From Octopus sinensis (lineage: Eukaryota), in assembly GCF_006345805.1 (NCBI RefSeq), contig NC_043010.1:16864001-16928000 (forward strand): 64,000 nucleotides of DNA, in the 5' to 3' direction. The translations under genes were made by a program, and so were the position numbers. Under the pieces are notes generated by a model. That model made no database searches and was not told the origin of the DNA. It was given only the letters and a program-made list of their open reading frames with translations. Within the stretch, counting starts at the first letter, position 1, and each line of letters opens with the position of its first letter. This document shows, one piece after another, positions 53,069 through 64,000 of this stretch.

Positions 53069-53219
53069 CATACATACATACATACATGCATTGTGATATA
53101 AAAAGTAGACAACATTTAAAATAACAAGCATTTACAGACTCTTGCATCGCAAGTTAGTCTCAGAGGTTTTATGTTTTTCTACTTGAAAATAAACAAATGT
53201 GTGTGTGTATGTGTGTGTG

Positions 53220-53260
<41 letters not shown>

Positions 53261-53634
53261 ACCACACATAAGTATCTTTTTGTTGGGTGTACAATGTGTA
53301 TTGTGTGTAGGATGTCATATGAGAAATGACATTGGTAGAATATCTAGTCTTTGAGGTTATTTTGTCACAGATTCAATTCTTTGACCTTGAATTCTTGAAA
53401 GTGGGCTACAAGACAGTCAATTAATGTTCAAAAATGGTCTCCCTAACTTATTAGAAACTTTCATTATAAAGTTTACCAGTCATACGGTAATGATCACCAA
53501 TTTCCCATTTACCTGAAAAACAAACAAACACATGCACACACGCACACACTTTAGTTGACATTCAATGCATTGGTGATTGAACATGACCCCAACCGAATCT
53601 GCCACACCCTGTCCCTACACTTGGAACCTCAATA

Positions 53635-54052
53635 TTCTCTTTCTCTTTTTTCTCTTTTTACTTGTTTCAGTCATTTTGACTGCGGCCATGCTGGTGCACC
53701 GCCTTTAATCGAGCAACTCGACCCCGGGACTTATTCTTTGTTAGCCCTGTACTTGTTCTATCTGTCTCTTTTGCCGAACCGCTAAGTGACGGGGACATAA
53801 ACACACCAGCATCGGTTGTCAAGCAATGCTAGGGGGACAAACACAGACACACAAACATACACGCACATACATATATATACATATATACGACGGGCTTTCT
53901 TTCAGTTTCCGTCTACCAAATCCCTCACAAGGCTTTGGTCAGCCCGAGGCTATAGTAGAAGACACTTGCCCAAGGTGCCATACAGTGGGACTGAACCCGG
54001 AACCATGTGGTTGGTGAACAAGCTACTTACCACACAGCCACTCCTGCGCCTA
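53635..54052 (-). mobile_element. SINE family A, full length
   Basis: Near-identical to 20027-20434. Confidence 0.9.
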
Positions 54053-54719
54053 TATTGTAGCTCAACTTGTTAGAAATTGCAGCTAGTCTCTCTTAAACCA
54101 TTCTTTACTGTATTAAATAAGGAAAAGACATACTAAGTAATGTAGTCCAAGATATATATATAAATCAGTGGCATGGTCATAGCTGGAATGTCTTCGATTG
54201 TAGCTGTGCTCACTACGGATTGACCTGGGGTTAAAAACGTGACAAGATTGAGTAGTTTCACCAACTGAAGCCTCTGGCTTTATTATAAATATTTCAGTTT
54301 AGCCAAAAGAGGAAGCTAGAAATAGTATCCAAATCTCCCTCAGATCACACCCTACACTTATTGGATAGTGAAATCTGAAGAGAAAAGATGATATGGTCAC
54401 AACTGGGATGTCTTTAATCATGTTTCTTTCTTTAGGACTAACCCAGGGCTAAAAAGAACAAGAATGCTCGCAACTGAGACATTCTTTTTTAAAATAGCAG
54501 GGGTATGATTTGAGGGACTTTGGTTGTTATTTCTAACATATTAAGTGACCATGTACGAGCTCCTTCATTAGCCAGCATGTATGTGGGTATATGTGTGTGT
54601 GTGTGTAAACATAAGTAAAGCAGAAATTTAGCTAACAAACCCTTTGGCTATTGGCACAGTCTGATGTTATTTTCCACATTTATCTATCAGTTGGTGTACA
54701 TACATACATATATATACAT

Positions 54720-54834
<115 letters not shown>

Positions 54835-54915
54835 TACATATATATATATATGATATGTATTATATATATATAATATAAATATATAATATATATACACACA
54901 CAAAATATATATAGC

Positions 54916-54948
<33 letters not shown>

Positions 54949-55078
54949 TAAATATATATATGCATATATATATATGCATATTATATTATATATACACACA
55001 CATAAATATATATATGCATATATATATATGCATATATATATATATATACACACACATAAACTATATATATGCATATAC

Positions 55079-55110
<32 letters not shown>

Positions 55111-55454
55111 CTCACACATGCACTTATTTATAGCTTGGTTAGTATGCTTCTCCTGTCTATATTGGCCTGTCTGCCTCATATTCGTGCATCTATAAAATTC
55201 TAAATCTGTCCCACCCTGTGAATCTTTATGCAATTTGAAATTTTGCTAAACATACAGCTTTTGACCTCACTGTAAAAAAAATAATCTGCTTACACCACAC
55301 CACATCCTTTCTTTTTTCTTTTTTTTTTCTCTCTGGAAGCAGAAAACTTGAGGTTCCACGAAACAGTTTCTAGCTTTGTCTACCAAGTTCAATTCCTGCT
55401 GAGCCCAGTTTTTACTTTTCTTTCTTGAGGTCAGAAATAACCAGTCAAGTACTT

Positions 55455-55860
55455 TATCTTTTAATTTTCTTTTACCTGTTTCAGTCATTAGACTGCGGCC
55501 ATGCTGGAGCATCGCCTGGAACAATTTTTCCTGAATGAATTGATCCCCATGCTTTTTTTTTTTAAAGCTTAGTACTTATTCTATTGGTTTCTTTTACAGA
55601 ACTGCTAAGTGATGGGGACGTAAACAAACTAACATCAGTTATCAAGTGATGATGGGGGACAAACAGACAGACAGACACACACACACGCTGGACTCCTTTC
55701 AGTTTTATCATCATCGATTCTGTCTGCCAAATTCACTTACAAGGCTTTGGTCAGCCTGGGGCTATAGTAGAAGACCTTGCCTAAGGTGCCACACAATGGG
55801 CAGCACCCTGAACCATGAGATCGGGAAGCAAATTTCTTACCACACAGCTACACCTGTGCC
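55455..55860 (-). mobile_element. SINE family A, older copy
   Basis: Diverged full structure. Confidence 0.8.
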
Positions 55861-55874
55861 CGGGGTCAATTCTA

Positions 55875-55907
<33 letters not shown>

Positions 55908-56198
55908 CTTCTCTCTCTCTCCCTCTCTCTCTCTCTCTCTACCTCTACCTGTCTCTCTCATTGAATCAGTGACATTGCATCAATAGGAAAGGTTTGTAGA
56001 ACACTTGCAGCATCCCTTTCTGCAAAATAGGTAAGGATTGACCAAGGACTTAGCAACCTTTAGAAACCTTAGAAAAACTAGTCTGTTGCTTTAACATTTC
56101 AAGGGACAGACTCCCATGCAATACTTAGAGAAGCCATTTGGAAAAAGAGACCAAACAAGAATTTGAAAAGGATCCCCATTCACCTTGACATTGCATAA

Positions 56199-56242
<44 letters not shown>

Positions 56243-56699
56243 TTGGTAACAAATCAGGCAATCATTAAATTGTGTTGGTCAGTTGTCCCCACCCAGACTG
56301 GGCATCCTGCAACTTGCATCCGTTCAGTCCCAATGAAGGACCATCTTTGAGGACATTTAATGACCTGAATGAGGTGAATGAGGGTAGAACAGTGCACAGG
56401 TGGATCTTTCCGAAGATGATTTGAGAGAAAGAGGGATTCAATGATGGTGCAAAGGCATTGCTTGTGATGGAGACTATGTTGAGAAATACCTTTCTCTGAA
56501 GAGAGAGAGAGGGGAAGATGGAGGAGAGAGAGAGAGAGAGTGTGCGTATGATACTCTACAAATATGCAATTTCAACAATCTATATTAGTTAAGAGCTATA
56601 CCCACTTTTGCATTACTTTCAGGATGTGTGTGTGTGTGTGCCCTTTTTCCAATTCCAATGGTTTCTGACATTTGGCTGCAACCATATTGAGGTACTACT

Positions 56700-58260
56700 T
56701 CCAAGGGTCTTTAGTCAATCGTATCAACATTAGTTCCTCGTCTGGTTCTGTTTATCAATCTCTATCAAATGGTTCGATCACCTGAGTTGTGTCTCTTTAG
56801 GAAGTAACCTTAAAAAGAAGGATTCGAAAAAGCATGCATGGGGCAGGATCTGAGAGGTTAGACACAACATCAGTTACAGAAGAGAGAGTCAGGTATGTAT
56901 GGACAGATGAAAAATGCTTACTGAGAGAAAGGGTGGTTGTTGAGGTATGGCGAGGACTGACTCAGAGGGATGGCCTTGTTTTGAATGTGGCTGGTGATGT
57001 TTGTGTGCACAACTACATTAGTGTAAAGAATACTTGGCTGCTATCTGCCATAGAAGTGGAGACGCCCAGTGTTCTTGACCACTGGACTATATCCCTGCAC
57101 ACTGCTGTCAGGGCAGAGATGGCTATCTGCAAGTACAGGCTCTGTGAGTCGGGGTGGTTGTTCCCAGGCTTCTCCCTTGCCATCCTTTTCTATTTATTCC
57201 ATCAGGACCATGAAGTGGGCTGATAAGTATTTTTTAGTTACAACGGTTGTATCTCATAAGAGACACAAAAACTCTCAGCTTCAAACCTGCTGTAAATATT
57301 TTGGGAGCTGGATATGACTTGAAACTGCATCTAAAAATGGGACCCTGGTTCAAGAGTTGTAAGGTTTTGATGAGGGTGGCACCACTTCTTTACCACTATT
57401 GCAGGCAAATCTACTCTGATCCAGAGTAGTTGTCCCAGCTACGGCTTAACACATCATAAAATCATTTTCAGAAAAAGGTAACTGAAACACTGCAATGGAC
57501 CCAGGGCGGATAAGTTTCTTCTGCTTATCTAAGAGAAGATGACTGCATAATACTCTGGATAACTACTAGGCTGTGGTACTTGCTGCAGCCGACTAATTGA
57601 AGATTGAAGATCAAAAGAGTGGGACTGATTCAGCGCAAACCCTAACCTGTTATACGTAGAAAAACCTTGTTGCCTCGATGGGTAATTTATTGAGCACTTA
57701 AAAAAAAAGGATAAGAGAGTAAACTTCTACAGGAAATCTGGAGGAAGGGACCCAAAATCAGATATATATACAGTTATACTTAACCAATATTTGGCATCCC
57801 CTGCAGCTTGGTGGATGCTGCAAATGTATGGCATATCCATGAATAGAGAGATGGTAAGTATTCTTGAAGCTAGGCCCTTGCTTCTAGAATCAGCCCAGGC
57901 ATGGCAGAGCTGAGTATGTTACTTTCTCTGCAACAAAAAAGGACCAACCACTCTAATGTGTATGTTAGTGGAGCTTTATATATGGACCAGCTGGGCTCTG
58001 AAGAATTTCTTGGCACTAAAGGGGAATCTTTGTCTCCGTGATCGGAGTTTTGACAATGTTATGTTGAGTCAAGTTGAGGGATCCTCAGAAACTGTGATGC
58101 CAAGCATTTATAGAAATATTTCAAGGGTTTGTGTGTTGTTTCTACAGAGAGATGGTGAGAGGTCCTTGATAGGGGTAGCATTGCAGTCCTTATGCTGTTG
58201 AAAGAGAGTTAGCTGTTATGATGAACCCATTGAAAGTCATTCTCAAGGGATTTCGTTTGA
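56700..58260 (-). pseudogene. Possible ancient LINE remnant (APE start and post-RT-like pieces)
   Basis: LRMTFNG..TISL*ET-like N-terminal motif and TLIKTYNS..YLQQV segments; many stops; clade not assignable. Confidence 0.25.
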
Positions 58261-58522
58261 AAGTGGGAGTTCAGATGTGACATAGTGTATCTAGGTTGCT
58301 CGTTGTTGACACCAATGGGTGGAAGATTAAGGAACAGTGTGAATAGATGGCGTTATTTGCATACAGGGGCGGGGGCGGGAACGGTTGTATGTAGATAGAA
58401 GTATGTTAATATACAAGAAGAATATTGTGTTTAATTAAAAGTTAAAGCACATCGGAGTTGCTATTTATGTGTATGTGGGCATCTGTGTATATGTTTGTGT
58501 CTGTCTATCACTCATCCTCATT

Positions 58523-58587
<65 letters not shown>

Positions 58588-60306
58588 TTGTGTAATTTCT
58601 GCACATATATATATATATAAGTTTTTACCTTTCTGTTTGTTAGATCATCTATTATGCTGCCTCTTCTCTGTCTGTCTGTCTGTCTCTCTCTCTCTTCCTT
58701 TACATGTATATGTTTAAGTCTGTTATCTTTTTACCTCTCCAATCATCTATAATTTCTGTCTCTCCTTTTCTCTGTGTATGAATGTGTGTGTGTGTGTGTG
58801 CGCATGCGCATGTGCGTGCGTGCATGTGTGTGTGTGTGTCGAACTGTTTCTATACATAGCATCTACATAGCCCCATGTTTTACATTATTTATGGCAGATG
58901 TCCACTCAAAGTGTCATGTCATAAAAATCTATACATGAAAACCTATTTAATGTTGATCTAAAAGAATTACAGTGTTAAAACAGCACAAGTGCTATGGCAG
59001 AGCACATTTCCAGTTTCCAGGGAATTGTTAATTGAATTTTCAAATGGTTCTAATGGAGGAGCAGAAGAAATAGAAGAGCAGTGAACTAAAGGAATTATAT
59101 TTTCTTTTCGTTGTTTTTTCATGTCTACTTTAGACTCTGAGTTCAAATCCAGTCAGTACTGAATTAGTATTTTATCTCTCCACAGTCAATAAATATAAAT
59201 TCACTCAACCGTCCCTTCCCTCCACAAATCTGTAATAATGTGCGATTGCAAGAAATTATCATAGTGAGGAGAGTTATAACATACTTGATGTAATAAACCA
59301 AAGAAATGCAATTTATAAATTAGAATTAAAAATAGAATGGGAATGGCAGGAGGGGGGAGTATATGATCTTTGACAGAATGGTTACAACTCAAGACATGTT
59401 TCAGTCTCATTGAACTTCCTCAGCATTTGTACAAGAACTGCCAAACAAAGATGATGTGAGAGATGTCTTTGTGTGAATAAAGACAGAGCAGTGTAAAACC
59501 TCAAGATAAACTAATGAGAATCGTTAACAAGTTTGTTACATTCTAGTCAGCTGTGACCCTCTCAAATAAATCTCAGAGTCAATTCTGTTGCTAGACATTT
59601 TCTTTTGCTTTTATGCATCTCAATCCTTTGTTATGAGCAATCGCTCAAAAGAAACATGTTTTGTCCTTAAGATTGCAACATGCAATTAATGTTTGAGGGT
59701 TTGTAGTAATATTTCTATTTCTTCATTGAATATTTATCCCTCTTTGAATGTCAGTTATCTTCTTCATGGTCAGAGCTTTCTCTTTCTTCAACATATCAAT
59801 TTCCTAATAGAGGGCTTTTGTTGAGTAATAGAATTTTGGTCAAACAACAGACTGCTTCTCTATTGTTAATTCCAGACAAGTTGTTCCTTTGTTTGATCAT
59901 AACCATTTCAATATCCAATGGAAAAATATTGATACAATTCTGAACATATTCCTACTCCTTGCATGGCCAATATATGGAACTTAAAAGTCAGAAGCAAAAT
60001 GGTGATTTGGAAACAAAATGGTGATTTTCATTCAAGTCTTCAGATCTAAAAATACATAAACTCGGTTGTGTACTTGACAATTTTTGACAAATCAATTTGA
60101 CAAATAAATAAACCTATTGATTTTGTCAAACAAGATAACCTTCTTGATTTCTGTCAAAGAGAAAATAGCCATTGTTGCCAAAGAGTGTGTTTCTGCCATA
60201 TTCTTTCCAGCCTCCACATCAAAATCAGTCCAAAAAAGCAAATAAATGGTCCAGTATTGGACTAGTCTTGGTCTTAATAGTTATATAGATATCGAGTTAG
60301 TATTAA

Positions 60307-60698
60307 CTAGCACTATGACCCAGCAACGCCGGGTCATAGTGCTAGTACATGCATATACAGCTGCGTGAGTGCACACATACACGCGAGTACTGTCCAAATC
60401 TCTGACCAGTCACATACAGCTAGCTGGCATTCAATTGGCGTATCAAGTTTCGGGCATTTTGATTGGGTTTTGGGTAGAAAATTCACAAAAAAGTCACTTC
60501 TATTGATTTTTTAATGGCTTTGCAGGGTGACTGGGGAAATGTAAAGATATGCACGACCACCCTTGGACGGTTTTGAATGACCACAGAAAGTGCGAGCCCT
60601 CTAACTGAAAAATTGTGGATTTGTATAAAGAACATGCACACACACACACACACACACACACAAAGAGACAGACATTTTGCCGTTTATATATAGAGAGA
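60307..60698 (-). mobile_element. Complete non-autonomous Helitron (second family)
   Basis: A|TCTCTCTATATATAAACGG...CTAG|T; 3' end is a 16-bp-arm palindrome at 60306-60346. Confidence 0.75.
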
Positions 60699-60749
60699 TT
60701 AATAGTCGTATCTTAAGTTAGAAGCAATCAGTCTTCTCTGCAGGATGGG

Positions 60750-61372
60750 TAATATGTCAGGTTGCATATATGACAGAGTGTAAGGGATCTGAGAGGAAGA
60801 CTGGGTATGTGTAGTATCAGGTGTAGTGTGCAAGAGAGAAGAGACTGCACTGGTGTGGCCATGTGATGCACATGAATGAAGACAGTTGCACCAAGAGGTG
60901 CTGATCTCTAATTGTGGAGGGAACATGTGGAAGGGGTAGACCCAGGAAGATGTGGGATGAAGTGGTGAGAAAGGATCTTCAGACGTTGGGCCTCACAGAG
61001 TGGATGACAGGGGAACAGAGACTCCTGGCAGTTTGCTGTGATTGAGAAGATATGTTAAGCTAAGTAAAATCATGGTTGTGCTTTCATACCGGAATGTCCC
61101 CTGCATCCCTCTTGAGCCCAACGATTCTAATCTTCTGGGCTTGTGGGTGCTGGTGCCATGTAAAAAGCACCTGTGGTGGTGCCACATAAATGCACCCATG
61201 CTGGGGCTGTGTGAAAGCATCCAGTAAAGTGGTTAGCATTAGGAAGGGCATCCAACCAGGGAAACCATAACAAAACCAGTATGGGGCCCATGCAGCTCTT
61301 GAGCTGGTCAACTCCTGTCAAAACGTCCAACCCATGCCAGCATGAAAAACGGACTTTAAATTACGATGATGA
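60750..61372 (+). mobile_element. RTE LINE 3' end and tail
   Basis: LHWCGHV, GRPRKMWDEVVRKDL and family tail. Confidence 0.8.
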
Positions 61373-61679
61373 TTAAGTTAGTAGCAACCTGTTGTGGGAT
61401 TCAAAAGATCAGGTTTAAAACAATAAATGCAAATGTGCAACCGCTTCCATGACCAGTGCTGGGACACAATCATCCAGAAAGCAAATGCCCTAACACTGGG
61501 AATGAATCGGTTCAGATACCCTAATGAATTCTAGCCAAATGGTAAGGTCGGTGCAAGCATATTTAATGTGGTGAGGCAAGAAATTTGAATTAATTTAAAG
61601 TATATTTGTAGTGATAAGAAATGAATAAAACACTGGCAGAGAGAAATGTAATACATTCTTGTATTTAATATTTTTTAGT

Positions 61680-61890
61680 TGGTAGAATCGATAGCCCGAC
61701 AGGCAGAACGCTTGGTGGCATTTCTTCTGCCTTTACATTCTGAGTTCAAATTCCACCAAGGTTGACTTTGCCTTTCATCCTTTCAGGGTTGATAAAATAA
61801 GTACCAGTTGTGTACTGGAGTCCATGTAATCGATTAGCACCCCCTCCCCCAGCCATGAAATCACTGGCCTTGTGCTAGAATTTGAAACCA
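61680..61890 (+). mobile_element. SINE family M, alternative-tail subfamily
   Basis: Family M core; tail ggccttgtgc..aatttgaaac as in 62272-62490 and 1757-1970. Confidence 0.75.
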
Positions 61891-62271
61891 ATATTTTTAT
61901 TTGCTAAGATGATGGCTCCAGAACAAATGTTGGACAATTCAGTTCAAGATACATGTCTGCAAAAATAAAAAGTATGTGATAGTAACATCCGGAACATCTT
62001 TGATTTACCAAAACAAGGTTGATCTGAAGCTAAGCAAAAACAACAGGCCATCTACCTGATAATCAATTGCTCACTCCTGAACTTTCTACACCATTTAAGA
62101 AACTCACAACTGAGATGTGGACCTTATCTATCTGGTGCTGTGACCCTTCTTCTCCTTTAGATTTCTTGAATTTCTTTTTCTTTTTACCTGTTTGGCCTGA
62201 AGGAAGGGACCATGGCCGGAGGGAAGGGACCCAAATACCTTTCAGAACTAGTAATATTGACACAGCAGAGG

Positions 62272-62490
62272 CAAGCAGACGGATTCATTCACACACTGGA
62301 CAAAATGCTTTGTGGAATTTCGTCCGTCTTTACTTTCTGAGTTCAAATACTGTCAAGGACAAGTTGGCTTTCATCCTTTTAGGGTCAATAAAATAAATAC
62401 CAGCTGAGTACTTGGGTTGATGTAATTGACTCGCCCCAACCCCACAAATAAAAAAAATGCTGGCCTTGTGCCAAAATTTGAAATCAATAC
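62272..62490 (+). mobile_element. SINE family M, alternative-tail subfamily
   Basis: As 61680-61890. Confidence 0.7.
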
Positions 62491-63173
62491 TGATACAGCA
62501 GTTCACGTTTCTATTGAACTGATAGCTGCAAAAATTCACTGGTAAGAATGGAATTCCAAAGAACCAAATTTCTGGGACAACTGACTGAATTGAGAGTGTG
62601 GGGCATGGAAGGGTGGGAATCTTCTGACTAAGAAAGTTCATAGTTAAAGAAAAAACATTATTGGTGATGAAAGATAAAGAGACGAGTTATGAGTGCTTGA
62701 GAGGAGATGGTATGGCAGCAACTAGGAGACAAGAGCACTGCAGTAGCAGGCAGGTAGACAGGGAGGGGGGATGGAGAGAGAGGTTGGTAGGTAGGTAAGA
62801 TAGACAGATAAATAGATAGAGAGAGAGGGGGGAGAGTGACAGACAGACAGAAAGAAAGGTATAGAGAAGAGTGAAACCACATGTCTGTAGAGCAGAGAAT
62901 AATATGTATTGATGTGTGATTTCATTCCAATTAACCTTTTGAGGAATATAGAATCCTTCCTCTCAACTCTTCTATCTTATTCCCTCAATCCTATATTGAT
63001 AGTTGTGAAGGATTAAGTTCTAAGGAACCAGGGTGGGATTTGTGACCCTTGTGAGCAGCAAGGGTACACTGAACTGTTTCGTTAGATCCCACTGTTGAAG
63101 TCAAGTTTTCCTTTGAGTTTGGGCCATGAGAGGAGGGTTAACAATGCATCGATACTTTTAGCCTGCCCATCAT

Positions 63174-63590
63174 ATACCTATTTCTTTACTACCCACAAGG
63201 GGCTAAACACAGAGAGGACAAACAAGGACAGACAAACGGATTAAGTCAATTATATCGACCCCAGTGCATAACTGGTACTTATTTAATCGACCCCGAAAGG
63301 ATGAAAGGCAAAGTCGACCTCGGCGGAATTTGAACTCAGAACGTAACAGCAGACAAAATACCTATTTCTTTACTACCCACAAGAGGCTACACACAGAAAG
63401 GACAAACAAGGACAGGCAAACGGACTAAGTCAATTATATCGACCCCAGTGTGTAACTTGTACTTATTTAATCGACCCCGAAAGGATGAAAGGCAAAGTCG
63501 ACCTCGGCGGAATTTGAACTCAGAACGTAACAGCAGACAAAATACCTCTAAGCATTTCGCCTGGTGTGCTAATGTTTCTGCCAGCTCACC
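63174..63590 (-). mobile_element. SINE family M with 184-bp tandem duplication
   Basis: ATACCT at 63174, 63358 and 63542; two body-plus-tail units and one head. Confidence 0.9.
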
Positions 63591-64000
63591 TGTCCCTCAT
63601 ATACCATTACCTCATTCTTCATATAACTCTACCTTGCTTGGCATGCAACTTTGCTCTCCTCCTTATTACTTTATCTGGCTTTTCATTGCTTTGCTCAATG
63701 TTTTTTCCCGAGAACAATAATTCTCCTTAACCCAGCCCTAATCCCTATGTAAATTTGTCTGTGTAGATTAACATCATTAATCATACAAAATTATCTCGTT
63801 CTGTCTCCCACCATTTCGATGAAACTGGAAAAGGTTAGAAACATTGAACCATCTCTCAGACTAATTAATAAAAGACAACGTACAAGAAGATTGGAATCTT
63901 TCCAGCAACAGAAACTATGATCCTTTGTCAATACTAAATACGAATCCTGAATGCCAAAGTGGTCTTGGATAGGGGCAGAGGAGGCAGCGTTTAGCAATGG

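Overview
This is eukaryotic, AT-rich, repeat-saturated DNA. The SINE/LINE families and (TA)n/(CA)n/(AGAT)n arrays look like those of an octopod cephalopod (Octopus-like); this is recognition from memory, not a database result. There are no operons, CRISPR arrays or intact rRNA/tRNA genes, and almost all ORF-track entries are artefacts of microsatellites or decayed transposons. Most of the window is nested TE debris: RTE-clade LINEs (with a PHD-type finger inside the RT), CR1/L2-group LINE 3' ends, at least four tRNA-derived SINE families, a DD37D (maT) transposon, Helitrons, a Merlin-like MITE and Penelope-like elements. Four observations stand out. (1) Five minimal type-I hammerhead ribozyme motifs from about four Penelope-like families, including an inverted pseudo-LTR pair around a GIY-YIG remnant at 45.6-47.0 kb. 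(2) A 5S rRNA-headed retroposon at 30.1 kb whose 51-nt tail is 50/51 identical to the tail of a LINE at 52.3 kb; the tail hairpin shows compensatory changes relative to the commonest SINE. (3) A probable 1.63-kb minus-strand coding exon at 49756-51386, bounded by good splice sites but broken by three +1 shifts that may be assembly errors. (4) A tail-dependent strand bias of retroposons consistent with a minus-strand host intron. No wholly new biological system can be established from the sequence alone.
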